Source: Bdellovibrionales bacterium
Lineage (GTDB): Bacteria > Bdellovibrionota > Bdellovibrionia > Bdellovibrionales > JAGQZY01
Assembly: GCA_031426555.1 (NCBI GenBank)
Contig: JANPLN010000056.1
Coordinates: forward strand, 1-20,790
Direction: 5' to 3'
DNA: 20,790 bases
Positions 8,500 to 16,489 of the stretch are shown here, piece after piece. The notes under the pieces are model-generated. The model had not been told where the DNA came from, did no database searches, and worked only from the letters and a program-made list of their open reading frames with translations. A program made the position numbers and the translations under genes. How positions within the stretch are numbered: the first letter of the stretch is position 1; the number at the start of each line of letters is the position of its first letter.

Positions 8500-9024
8500 A
8501 TGTCGAAAGCATGGAAATTACTTGCAACAAAAACCGGCGAAAAAGTTAAAGTGGATGCCGAAGATTACGAGGAATTGCTCAACCGTAGCTGGCGAGTTAT
8601 TTATCGTGGCAAGGAAAAAAAGCCCCTGGTTGTAACGAGCATTCGCACCGGTGACTCCTCACGGACCATGTCATTGGGCCAATACCTGATGAAGCCTAAA
8701 AAAGGAAAAATGGCCTACCCCCGTCGCTGGCAAGCCGGGCTGGACTATCGAAAAGAAAATATCGTCGTTTGCAGCATGAAAGAGCGTCAGCGCATGCTGC
8801 CCAAGCGCGCCGAAAAAACGTCTTCAAAGTTTCGCGGAGTTTCGTACATTCGAGGCAAAAAAATCTGGCGGGCGCGTATCGAGAAAAACAGCAAAGCCTT
8901 CTTCTTGGGAGATTTCGCCACCGAAGAGGCCGCAGCCAGAGCTTACAACAAAGCGGCTCGCGATTTGTTTGGCGACCTGGCCTATCAAAATATCGTCGAT
9001 CGTATTAGAGACCGACGCAATTAA
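8500..9024 (+). CDS. AP2-domain protein with a degenerate HNH-like N-terminal region
   Basis: AGGAG RBS. The C-terminal 'SSKFRGVS..WRARI..FLGDFATEEAAARAYNKAARDLFG' is a canonical AP2 domain. 'VDAEDYE' and 'LDYRKENI' resemble HNH-AP2 endonucleases. Confidence 0.85.
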   Translation: MSKAWKLLATKTGEKVKVDAEDYEELLNRSWRVIYRGKEKKPLVVTSIRTGDSSRTMSLGQYLMKPKKGKMAYPRRWQAGLDYRKENIVVCSMKERQRMLPKRAEKTSSKFRGVSYIRGKKIWRARIEKNSKAFFLGDFATEEAAARAYNKAARDLFGDLAYQNIVDRIRDRRN

Positions 9025-9028
9025 AACA

Positions 9029-9049
9029 ATGCCGACACGAAGTCGGCAT
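9029..9049. terminator. Hairpin between convergent genes (possible bidirectional terminator)
   Basis: ATGCCGAC-ACGAA-GTCGGCAT, a perfect 8-bp stem just after the AP2 stop. Confidence 0.65.
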
Positions 9050-9082
9050 CTGTAACTCTTTTACCTAGTAATTATTTATTTA

Positions 9083-9547
9083 CTACTGAGGTTGATCGGA
9101 AGACGTACCTGTCGTCGCTTCGCCACCACAGTTGAAGCCGGCGCCTTCAAGATTAGTTTTCATTTTACTAGATACTGAATCGCAATAGCTCATTGATTTT
9201 GCAACAGCTACGGTTTTATCTGCACCCATTTTGTTATAAATAACGCCACAGCCACCTTCAGACACAGTTAAAACAGAAATTTTTCGTGTATCTGATTTGT
9301 TTGTGCAAGTGACCGCTGATTTTTCAGTGCCAGTGATTGTTGGAAATGAGCTTGTGTCAGACGACGTTGTCGTCTCTGTTGTTGTCGTTGTTTTTTTTGC
9401 TGGAGCATCAGTGCTCATTGACGTTGCAGGGGTCGCTGCCGTAGTCGTCTCTGCTTTTTCTGCTGTCGTTGTTGTTGTTGTGCTTTTTGGAGTTGATGAA
9501 CAAGCCACCAAGCTCACCATTGCGATCGTGACCAATATAAACTTCAT
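9083..9547 (-). CDS. Lipoprotein with Thr-rich linker and small Cys-containing C-terminal domain
   Basis: GAGG RBS, lipobox LVAC, poly-Thr low-complexity stretch, and four Cys in the C-terminal domain. Confidence 0.85.
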   Translation of the reverse strand: MKFILVTIAMVSLVACSSTPKSTTTTTTAEKAETTTAATPATSMSTDAPAKKTTTTTETTTSSDTSSFPTITGTEKSAVTCTNKSDTRKISVLTVSEGGCGVIYNKMGADKTVAVAKSMSYCDSVSSKMKTNLEGAGFNCGGEATTGTSSDQPQ

Positions 9548-9759
9548 GCATACCTCTTTGTTGAGTCGTTTGTATTATGACTAAAAGTCATTTTTTTTAG
9601 TCTAAATAGAGAGTTAGAATGAATCCATCAAAATAAATGACGCACTGCCACTCTGATCCAGGTCTAGGTTTTCTTTAAATTCCCGTCGAGAATCGGATTG
9701 CAGCGCCTTGCTGTTACTGATTTTTTACACTGGTTGTAGCGATCCCCTTTTAATAAACT

Positions 9760-10758
9760 TTATTTTTGTTCGAGCAGAAATTTCATCACAGCTTTTGAAC
9801 CTTCAAGCTCTAATCGACCGGGTCCATACTTTCCAAACCCAACGTCTCCCGGCCATGTATGCCCCTGCCCTTCAATGATAGTGTAGCTCGTATTTGAATT
9901 GAGCTTCACTCGTAGGCTATCCAAATCTGCATCGTAGGTTTCTGTGACAGGAGTGGTTTTACCGCCATTGCGACCGGCGATGATGTCTAAATATTCTAGG
10001 AGTGGCGGTGTTTGAATTCCTGAATTTGGATAGTAACCATCGGCCTGACCATTTATATTCATCTGCGCGTCTTCGGCCCCGTGAATATGTAAAACCGGAA
10101 TCGTTGCTCCCCAGACGCAAGATTTTGTGTTTGTAACATCTTGCATGCGTAAGTAGGCGGCGAAGGGAACTGCCGCTAAGATTTTATCTGAACGACTGCA
10201 CATCAGGCGGTAAACCATCATGGCGCCGCTGGAGTAACCGGTCACTGCAACCTTTGATTTAATTCTCGTTAAACTCGCTAGATCTTTTAACATGGCATCA
10301 AAAAATGCAAGATCTGCGCCGCCGGTGCAGCAAAAGCCGACATTCCAAGCTTGCTTACCACCTGGCCCTTCAACTCCATCCGGATAAACAATGATAAGGT
10401 TTTCTGCTCCAGTTTGCTCATGCAGACGCGAAATACCTTCGAATTGCTCGGCGGAATTACTCCCTGGATGAAATCCCATCACAACAAGAGCTTCAGTAGT
10501 TCTGCTGCCGTAATCACTGGGAAGATGAACAATATAGTCTCTGTTTACTTGGCCATCGAAAACTTTTCTCGATTGTACGATGTGTTGACCTAAGGGAGCT
10601 GGCGTGACTGGAGCTGCAGGAGGCGGGCTATTGGCGCCAGAACCACTTGGCGCATTGGTTTGCTCGGAGACAGATTCAAAATTTTCACAGTTTTGAAAGC
10701 CCACCATCAGCACTAAAACTAAACCGAGTTGAGCAAAACCACGTATTCTATTTTTCAT
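9760..10758 (-). CDS. Lipoprotein alpha/beta-hydrolase (LpqC / PHB-depolymerase-family esterase)
   Basis: GFQNC lipoprotein signal; 'RDYIVHLP', 'IVYPDG', 'WNVGFCC', nucleophile elbow GYSSG, 'HIHGAED' and 'GHTWPG'. Confidence 0.88.
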   Translation of the reverse strand: MKNRIRGFAQLGLVLVLMVGFQNCENFESVSEQTNAPSGSGANSPPPAAPVTPAPLGQHIVQSRKVFDGQVNRDYIVHLPSDYGSRTTEALVVMGFHPGSNSAEQFEGISRLHEQTGAENLIIVYPDGVEGPGGKQAWNVGFCCTGGADLAFFDAMLKDLASLTRIKSKVAVTGYSSGAMMVYRLMCSRSDKILAAVPFAAYLRMQDVTNTKSCVWGATIPVLHIHGAEDAQMNINGQADGYYPNSGIQTPPLLEYLDIIAGRNGGKTTPVTETYDADLDSLRVKLNSNTSYTIIEGQGHTWPGDVGFGKYGPGRLELEGSKAVMKFLLEQK

Positions 10759-10784
10759 AAAACCCCCATTTGCACTTTGTAATA

Positions 10785-10810
10785 AGACGCCGGGGCCTGC
10801 AAAAAGTTGC
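10785..10810 (-). promoter_or_regulatory. Putative ECF-sigma promoter (copy 1)
   Basis: Minus strand GCAAC-N16-CGTCT. Both boxes are conserved in copy 2 while part of the spacer diverges. Confidence 0.6.
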
Positions 10811-10822
10811 GAACTATTTTAT

Positions 10823-10839
10823 TATCTCATAATGAGACA
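10823..10839. promoter_or_regulatory. Palindromic site TCTCA-N3-TGAGA
   Basis: TATCTCA-TAA-TGAGACA, just upstream of the putative -35 box. Confidence 0.6.
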
Positions 10840-10860
10840 CCAAAAAGGTTTTATGTAGTT

Positions 10861-11143
10861 TTAAGGGACTATTTTAAAAATCGCCGTTCCAACGGCTCCG
10901 TTTTCATCTCGCGCGACGATCGTGTAATCGCCTACGGGAATAAATTTGTTGGGCCAAATCTTAGTGGGAAATTCCGCGCTTGCCGCCTGGTGAATAATTT
11001 CCCCATTCGGTGCGTAAATGGTAAACGTGCACATACCTTTTGCGCCAGTCACCTCGAAAAGTTGGTTGCCCGGCCCTTGCGTAAAGTAAGCCACCGACGG
11101 CGTCATTTTCAGCGTTGGCTTAAATGTACGCCAATTTTTTTTT
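10861..11143 (-). other. Out-of-frame C-terminal beta-rich (Ig-like?) domain of the 11120..12259 gene
   Basis: Removing one A from the A9 tract at 11135-11143 fuses ..YNECKK to NWRTFKPTLKMTP..GDYTIVARDENGAVGTAIFKIVP*, giving a 465-aa protein. Confidence 0.65.
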
Positions 11144-12259
11144 ACATTCATTGTAGCCTTGTAAAAAACCATCAAGTAAATCTTTGTTGTTTCCCAGCTC
11201 CTGGGAATTTGGGACAGTGTCATTCCATGTGTAAGGGAACAAAGCCACTGCGCCTTGATCGCAGTACGAAATCACTTGCGTTTGTAAGTCTGTTTTTAAC
11301 GGAGTGACGTAGGTGACACCTATGCTCGGCATTTCCCAGCCGAAGGCGGAAGGCATACCTATCACTGGCTGTATATCTTGATCCCAGCCTTGCTCCTTAA
11401 GATAGTCATACAACCGAGGCAAAAGCTCCGACATCGTCCAATCATACATGGATCTATCTCTACCGCTCTCGATGGCGTAGGCATAATTATAAAAGGCCAC
11501 AAAGTCACAACCGAGCGGCGTGAAATTCTTGCTTGCAGTTTTGATGTAATTATCCCATCCCGCATAATTTTGTTTCATAGTTTCGCTGAGTGTTGTGCCT
11601 GGAGCGGGATCCAAAATTGAGCCGAAACCGCAAATCGTTGGACGAGGAATCACCGCCCCATTTGCATTGGATTGCATTACAGCATTGCGCATGCGCACCA
11701 TTATGTCTTTCAAGTCTCCCCCTGGATTGTCATCCAAAATCCAATAGGCAATCAACTGCGGATCGGCCGCCGTATTCGCGAGGTGTTTTTGAAAGTCGCT
11801 GATGATTTTATCTTTGCGCTGTTCCGACAAATTACAATTGCCCGGCACTTGATCGGCTTCGTGACAAGCGGAGAACACTAACTGCGAGGGAGAAAGATCA
11901 ATATAGGCCATCTGCGTATCGGCGATGGCCTTGCGATAGGGATCTAGAATGTCGGGATAGGGCGAATTGATGCCCACCATGTTCAGGCCCGCCGCCTTAA
12001 CGTCAAAAATTTCGTCAGCAGAGCCCATCACCGCATAGGGGCCGGCCCGACCGCAAAGTTGCGGCCATCGCTTACAACCCAAAGGGGCTTTGTCGTCGTT
12101 TTTAAAAGACACAATCGGAGCGGGAGTGGGATTGCCAGTGCTTCCGGAATTATCTGTCGCGTCTTGCGACTGGAGAGATTTGAAATTGCAGTCCTGAAAT
12201 CCAGCGAGGATCATCACCATAAAAATAACTAGGACTCCTACGTAGGCTTTATTTTTCAT
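11120..12259 (-). CDS. Lipoprotein with TIM-barrel glycoside-hydrolase-like domain (probably frameshifted near the 3' end)
   Basis: GFQDC lipoprotein signal and Pro/Ser/Gly linker. The alternating beta/alpha pattern with 'PQLIAYWILDDNP', 'DFVAFYNY', 'PVIGMPSAFG' and 'GAVALFPYTW' is reminiscent of clan GH-A barrels. The family is not assignable by eye. Confidence 0.7.
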   Translation of the reverse strand: MKNKAYVGVLVIFMVMILAGFQDCNFKSLQSQDATDNSGSTGNPTPAPIVSFKNDDKAPLGCKRWPQLCGRAGPYAVMGSADEIFDVKAAGLNMVGINSPYPDILDPYRKAIADTQMAYIDLSPSQLVFSACHEADQVPGNCNLSEQRKDKIISDFQKHLANTAADPQLIAYWILDDNPGGDLKDIMVRMRNAVMQSNANGAVIPRPTICGFGSILDPAPGTTLSETMKQNYAGWDNYIKTASKNFTPLGCDFVAFYNYAYAIESGRDRSMYDWTMSELLPRLYDYLKEQGWDQDIQPVIGMPSAFGWEMPSIGVTYVTPLKTDLQTQVISYCDQGAVALFPYTWNDTVPNSQELGNNKDLLDGFLQGYNECKKKLAYI

Positions 12260-12285
12260 TGTTCCCCCATTTGCTCTTTGTAATA

Positions 12286-12311
12286 AGACGCCGGGGTTTA
12301 TAATTAGTTGC
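12286..12311 (-). promoter_or_regulatory. Putative ECF-sigma promoter (copy 2)
   Basis: Minus strand GCAAC-TAATTATAAACCCCGG-CGTCT (16-nt spacer). Confidence 0.6.
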
Positions 12312-12323
12312 GAAAGTTTTAGT

Positions 12324-12340
12324 TATCTCATTATGAGATA
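12324..12340. promoter_or_regulatory. Palindromic site TCTCA-N3-TGAGA
   Basis: TATCTCA-TTA-TGAGATA, with perfect 7-bp arms. Confidence 0.6.
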
Positions 12341-12554
12341 CCAAATGGTCTTTAAGCAGTCCCTGCGGGACAATTTTTAAAATCGCCGCTGCTGCCGCAG
12401 GTTTTTTAATTTATGATTTTTACACAAAAACCGTAGAAGTTTTATACTTTGCGTTAAATTCACACAAATTCACAGCTTACTCATGTATGTATCCCATTAA
12501 TTAACTAAACACTGCCAGTTTATTTTATAAATAGTGGCAGAAAGGACTTTGTTC

Positions 12555-15500
12555 ATGTCAAAAAGCCTCCTCACATTTCTCTCTGTAGCAGCCCTAGTGC
12601 TGACGAGCTGTTCGCAATCACAAACCAGCGAAGCTCCCCCTGTCAGCACTGCACAGGCGTTTCGCCTGATGCCAACCCCCTCCGACCAAACTCTCTGGTC
12701 CTCTCAACTCAGCCGCTACGCAGGTCAAACTGAGTTTCTAACGATCAATCCCTGGAACGAAGGAGGACTGGAAGCAGCAGTACCTGTATCCGCAGAAGCG
12801 GGTAACGGCCGCGAAGAGCAAGAGGCCGATGTTTTTAAAATCGGTAAACCAGGTTCCAAAGAAGTTTATCTTCTTAACAACTACCGTGGACTGCAAGTCG
12901 TCTCCTTTGCAAAAGGCGCCCACAACCCAGAAATTTTAGGACGCGTGAATCCCACAGGAAATTATCCACAAAAAATGTATTCGGATCTCGACAACAATCG
13001 TCTGATTGTGATCGAAAACACTTACAATAACAATAAAACGACGTCTCGCCTTGTGGTCTATGATGTCAGCAACTCCTCGGCCCCTCTCCTTTCAAGCATC
13101 ATTGATATCGCTGGCTACAGTGTGGACTCACGCATTGTCGGATCGGTGCTTTACCTTGCAACCTACGAGAGCCAAGCCAGTGGATCCATGTGGTTTAATG
13201 ATGTAGCCAGTAACGGAAAAGTTCTCTCCTTTGATATCAAAGGTAAAGACGTTGCAGCCATCTCTGAATTTAAAATGAAGTTGCCCATTGCAAGTCCGGA
13301 AATGATGAACATCCAAGTCACTGGCACGGGCGCAGACACTAAATATTATATGGTCGCTATTCAAACAGAAATGGATCGTGACTGGTGGAGTTGGTGGAGT
13401 GGCCCAGCCGCCGTAGAAGTGATTGATATCACAGATCCAAAAGGTCAAATTAAACCCTTGATGACTGCTAACGTAAAAGGTTTCATCAACGAACGCAGCA
13501 GCACGCTGATTCGCAACGGCTACTTAATTGTTACCAGCAATTACATCATCAATGCAGAGGCAGAGGAGCAAGTACTCCGTATCGCCGTCGAAGCATTCCA
13601 ACTTCCAGAAACCAATTCAGAAGTGATCTCTTCGCAAGAAGCTCAATATCGTCAGCTCCACATTGATCGCCAAGTGAGTGCAGCAAAAGACGCCGACAAA
13701 CAAAAACTCCAAGAACAACTTCTCTTAGACTCGGTACTTGGCCTAAAAGGCCGTTTTGTTCAAGAGGACAACGGCTCTCTCAAGAAGATCGTTGCAGACT
13801 CTGACGTCACTGTTGGAGACACCAACGGACAAAGTGCTTCTCTCCAAGACGTTCGTTATGACGGAAATTATTTGTACGCGTTTTGGGTTCCTGCGAATCA
13901 AGTAGATCCTTTAGATGTTTTTGATATCGGAAATTTAGATCAAGGCGTAAAACATTTGGGACGTCTCGAGTTTGATGGCTGGATCGAAAAATCTTTCCCC
14001 ATCACTTTTCAAAATCGCAAATTCATCGTTGGTCTTGGTTGGATTGTTCCAGCTGTGGATACAGAGGACACGCAAAGAAAAATGCAAGCCAAGCTGTTTG
14101 AAGTTAAAACAGAAAAAATTTCTGAACGCGATCCAATAACTGGCAATATAATCACTAAGGATAAAGTAGTTGCAACGGTGGTTCCCGGCGCAGAACTTGT
14201 GATCACAATGGATGGCGGAAGTCAGTACGCTGACCTCAACAGTCCTGATCGCTACATTCAATTGCTCATGAATCCTGCAATACCTGGCAGAGGACAAATA
14301 CTTTTTGAGGCAGCATCCTACGAAGCTGGATCTTATCGCCAAGGTGGACAGATCATTCAGATCGACATGAACGAAGCTGTTTTAGGTTTAGGTTCAACGG
14401 CTATCACTGAAGGTCCCTTCCTCGAAGCCAACGAAGGCTGGCTCCGTCGCATGTTTGCAAACCCAGAACTCGCAAATATGTACAACGCCTTTTCGGATAC
14501 AAGCCTCTCTACCTTCGCTCATATTGGCTCCGGTCAAGGGCTCGCACAAACACTCAGCGTTCTTGAACTCGCACGCAATATTACAGCTTATTACGTCCTC
14601 AAAGGCGTTCAATCTGAAGTTGGTGTCCAAGTGATCTCCAATGATAGCTACAATGACTCAAGCACTGTTGAATTGCGTGTGGTGAAAATCAACCAAGCCG
14701 ATGCTGAAGTTAGCAAAGTAAATGGTGTGGTAAAAATTGAAGGTCGTCTACAAAATAGCATTGTGTATGAAGGCAACAAAAGTATTCTTCTTTTAACTTC
14801 ACAGAATGTGAGTTCTAAAACAGACATGGAAATTTTTTCAAGTACGACTAAATACTCACTTACAAAAGTAACTCTTAACGCCAATCAAGAGATGCAAACG
14901 AGCGTACAAACTTGGATTGATGAAAACCAATACTATCCATCGAATCCTTCGGCTACAGCGAGGACGCGTTTTGAAGACAATAAAAGCCTCACACTTTTAC
15001 GCGACGGAAGTGTCCTGGTTAAAACAGGAAAAGCACAGATTTTAAAAGCCAATCAAACTCTGGGCTTGGTGGCAATTAACGATTCAACGTGCCCCAAAGC
15101 TTCTGATGTTACAGCCGTTACAGTGAAAGAAATCGACGGACAGCTTGTGTACTTTGCACAGCAAGCAGTTGATGTTGAAAGTGTTAAAGGGGTCGCCACA
15201 AAAAATACGATCGCTTTAGCCACACTCAAAGCTGACACCTTGGTTTGTTCCTCTGAAATCAACATTCCTGGAACACCAGTGATGATCACTGGGACGCAAG
15301 TTGTAACCGACGACTTATCTGTTTCCGACGCAAAAATTGTTGAAGAAGCATATACCAACGAAGATGGAACAAAGGTTTATGGCTTAAAAACCAAAAATGT
15401 AAATGCTCTGACTCTTGTTGAGTTGCAAGCAACGAATAAAGCGTCTCTTCTTGACTCAACAACAGACATCTCAACAAATTACGGTATGGAACAGACATCA

Positions 15501-15926
15501 CGCCTTAGCGGTGATCAGAACTTCTATGTGATCCGCGATACAGAGTCGGACTCGTGGATGAATTCGTCGCAAGAGCCCGAACTCGTTACCGTATCCATCG
15601 AGAACAAACGTTTTGTCACAACCTCTGCCTACCTTGATGGAGCCACAGGCTACACTCAAATGATTGGCTTGGTACTTGGCTCGCAAAAAATCGCCGTGAT
15701 TGAATCTGAAGCTGGGGTGCAAGCTTTTGCTCTTAACAAAGATCAGCGCCCCGAAGTTATCAACTTACGTATGACGAAAGAGGATGGTTCCATCAGCAAC
15801 GCCCAAAGCGTCCTTGAAATTGGTGGAATGAGCTATTCTCCGATGATCAACTATACTGAGGCACAAAACAGTATCGAAGTAGCCGCCGGCCTTCGCGGTG
15901 TTGTTCAGATATATCTTAGCAAGTAA
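12555..15926 (+). CDS. Large secreted lipoprotein with beta-propeller domain (Beta_propel-like)
   Basis: AAGGA RBS before ATG 12555 and lipobox LTSC. Motifs 'EEQEADVFK', 'VYDVSNSSAP', 'DSRIVGSVLYL', 'VIDITDP' and 'QVDPLDVFD' match the secreted beta-propeller family. Confidence 0.85.
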   Translation: MSKSLLTFLSVAALVLTSCSQSQTSEAPPVSTAQAFRLMPTPSDQTLWSSQLSRYAGQTEFLTINPWNEGGLEAAVPVSAEAGNGREEQEADVFKIGKPGSKEVYLLNNYRGLQVVSFAKGAHNPEILGRVNPTGNYPQKMYSDLDNNRLIVIENTYNNNKTTSRLVVYDVSNSSAPLLSSIIDIAGYSVDSRIVGSVLYLATYESQASGSMWFNDVASNGKVLSFDIKGKDVAAISEFKMKLPIASPEMMNIQVTGTGADTKYYMVAIQTEMDRDWWSWWSGPAAVEVIDITDPKGQIKPLMTANVKGFINERSSTLIRNGYLIVTSNYIINAEAEEQVLRIAVEAFQLPETNSEVISSQEAQYRQLHIDRQVSAAKDADKQKLQEQLLLDSVLGLKGRFVQEDNGSLKKIVADSDVTVGDTNGQSASLQDVRYDGNYLYAFWVPANQVDPLDVFDIGNLDQGVKHLGRLEFDGWIEKSFPITFQNRKFIVGLGWIVPAVDTEDTQRKMQAKLFEVKTEKISERDPITGNIITKDKVVATVVPGAELVITMDGGSQYADLNSPDRYIQLLMNPAIPGRGQILFEAASYEAGSYRQGGQIIQIDMNEAVLGLGSTAITEGPFLEANEGWLRRMFANPELANMYNAFSDTSLSTFAHIGSGQGLAQTLSVLELARNITAYYVLKGVQSEVGVQVISNDSYNDSSTVELRVVKINQADAEVSKVNGVVKIEGRLQNSIVYEGNKSILLLTSQNVSSKTDMEIFSSTTKYSLTKVTLNANQEMQTSVQTWIDENQYYPSNPSATARTRFEDNKSLTLLRDGSVLVKTGKAQILKANQTLGLVAINDSTCPKASDVTAVTVKEIDGQLVYFAQQAVDVESVKGVATKNTIALATLKADTLVCSSEINIPGTPVMITGTQVVTDDLSVSDAKIVEEAYTNEDGTKVYGLKTKNVNALTLVELQATNKASLLDSTTDISTNYGMEQTSRLSGDQNFYVIRDTESDSWMNSSQEPELVTVSIENKRFVTTSAYLDGATGYTQMIGLVLGSQKIAVIESEAGVQAFALNKDQRPEVINLRMTKEDGSISNAQSVLEIGGMSYSPMINYTEAQNSIEVAAGLRGVVQIYLSK

Positions 15927-15931
15927 TCACG

Positions 15932-15954
15932 AAAAGGGGCCCTCGCCCCTTTTT
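15932..15954. terminator. Bidirectional intrinsic terminator
   Basis: AAAAGGGGC-CCTC-GCCCCTTTTT between convergent genes. Confidence 0.85.
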
Positions 15955-16011
15955 GCACCTAGCGCGATGTGCGCCTATCGACAACTTACTAGCGCGCGTG
16001 TTTGGTCTTTT

Positions 16012-16413
16012 TCACGGGATTGGATTTTTCACTTTAAACTTGAAAGTCTCGACGACGCCATTATTTTTGGATTTCACCTTCATTGTATAAACTCGATCAC
16101 CACTCAATGTGTTTTTAATAATAAAATGATTACCTAACGTAGTTAGGTGAACAGGCTGTATTGGGTCAGCCACTTCAGTGGGGTTCGCGGACTCTGAAAT
16201 AAGTATCACCTCAACTTTAGAGAGATCGATCTGGGCGCTCTCTTGCCCCAGAACATAAATATGAATGGGCTCGCTTTTTACAACTTTAATCGAAAAAATA
16301 TTTCCCTGATGAGTGATAGCTTCCACATCACTAGGTGGTGGGGCGGCGGATGGAGCATTATCGAAAGCGGTCAGTACAAAGAACAACAAAATATAAGCAA
16401 TTGATATGCGCAT
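16012..16413 (-). CDS. Small exported hypothetical protein
   Basis: AAAGG-like RBS before ATG 16413, hydrophobic signal-like N-terminus and beta-rich body. Confidence 0.7.
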   Translation of the reverse strand: MRISIAYILLFFVLTAFDNAPSAAPPPSDVEAITHQGNIFSIKVVKSEPIHIYVLGQESAQIDLSKVEVILISESANPTEVADPIQPVHLTTLGNHFIIKNTLSGDRVYTMKVKSKNNGVVETFKFKVKNPIP

Positions 16414-16432
16414 ACACGAACCTTTCAAAATA

Positions 16433-16455
16433 AAAAGGGCGAAAATATTCGCCCC
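16433..16455 (-). terminator. Intrinsic terminator after the BON gene
   Basis: Minus strand GGGCGAA-TATT-TTCGCCC followed by TTTTT. Confidence 0.75.
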
Positions 16456-16489
16456 TGCAGTTACTATTTACGGCAAAACAGTAACGTTG

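Larger units (their letters stand above)
10741..10886. repeat. Direct repeat copy 1 (~145 bp: upstream gene 3' end + operator + promoter + RBS + start)
   Basis: Aligns with 12240..12388 at an offset of about 1501 bp. Shared blocks include TATTTTTCAT, CCCCCATTTGC, CTTTGTAATAAGACGCCGGGG, AGTTGCGAA, TTATCTCAT..TGAGA.ACCAAA, GGGAC and AAAATCGCCG. Confidence 0.92.
12240..12388. repeat. Direct repeat copy 2
   Basis: Homologous to 10741..10886. It includes a coding remnant reading 'AILKIVP' on the minus strand versus 'AIFKIVP*' in copy 1. Confidence 0.92.

Noticed and set aside
9360..9485. GTT/GTC triplet repeats and a T8 run
   Set aside because: They encode the poly-Thr/Lys linker of an intact lipoprotein; there is no frameshift or array structure.
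10861..11223. 120-aa ORF as an independent gene
   Set aside because: It overlaps the upstream gene by 104 nt with no evident RBS, and is better explained as a frameshifted C-terminal domain.
10741..12388. Repeats as IS ends, att sites or CRISPR repeats
   Set aside because: Only two diverged direct copies containing promoter and start elements, with no transposase, integrase, cas gene or spacer array in the window.
15958..16000. Short CTAGCGCG direct repeat at the boundary of the stress cluster
   Set aside because: An 8-bp match with no associated mobile gene; it cannot be supported as an insertion scar.
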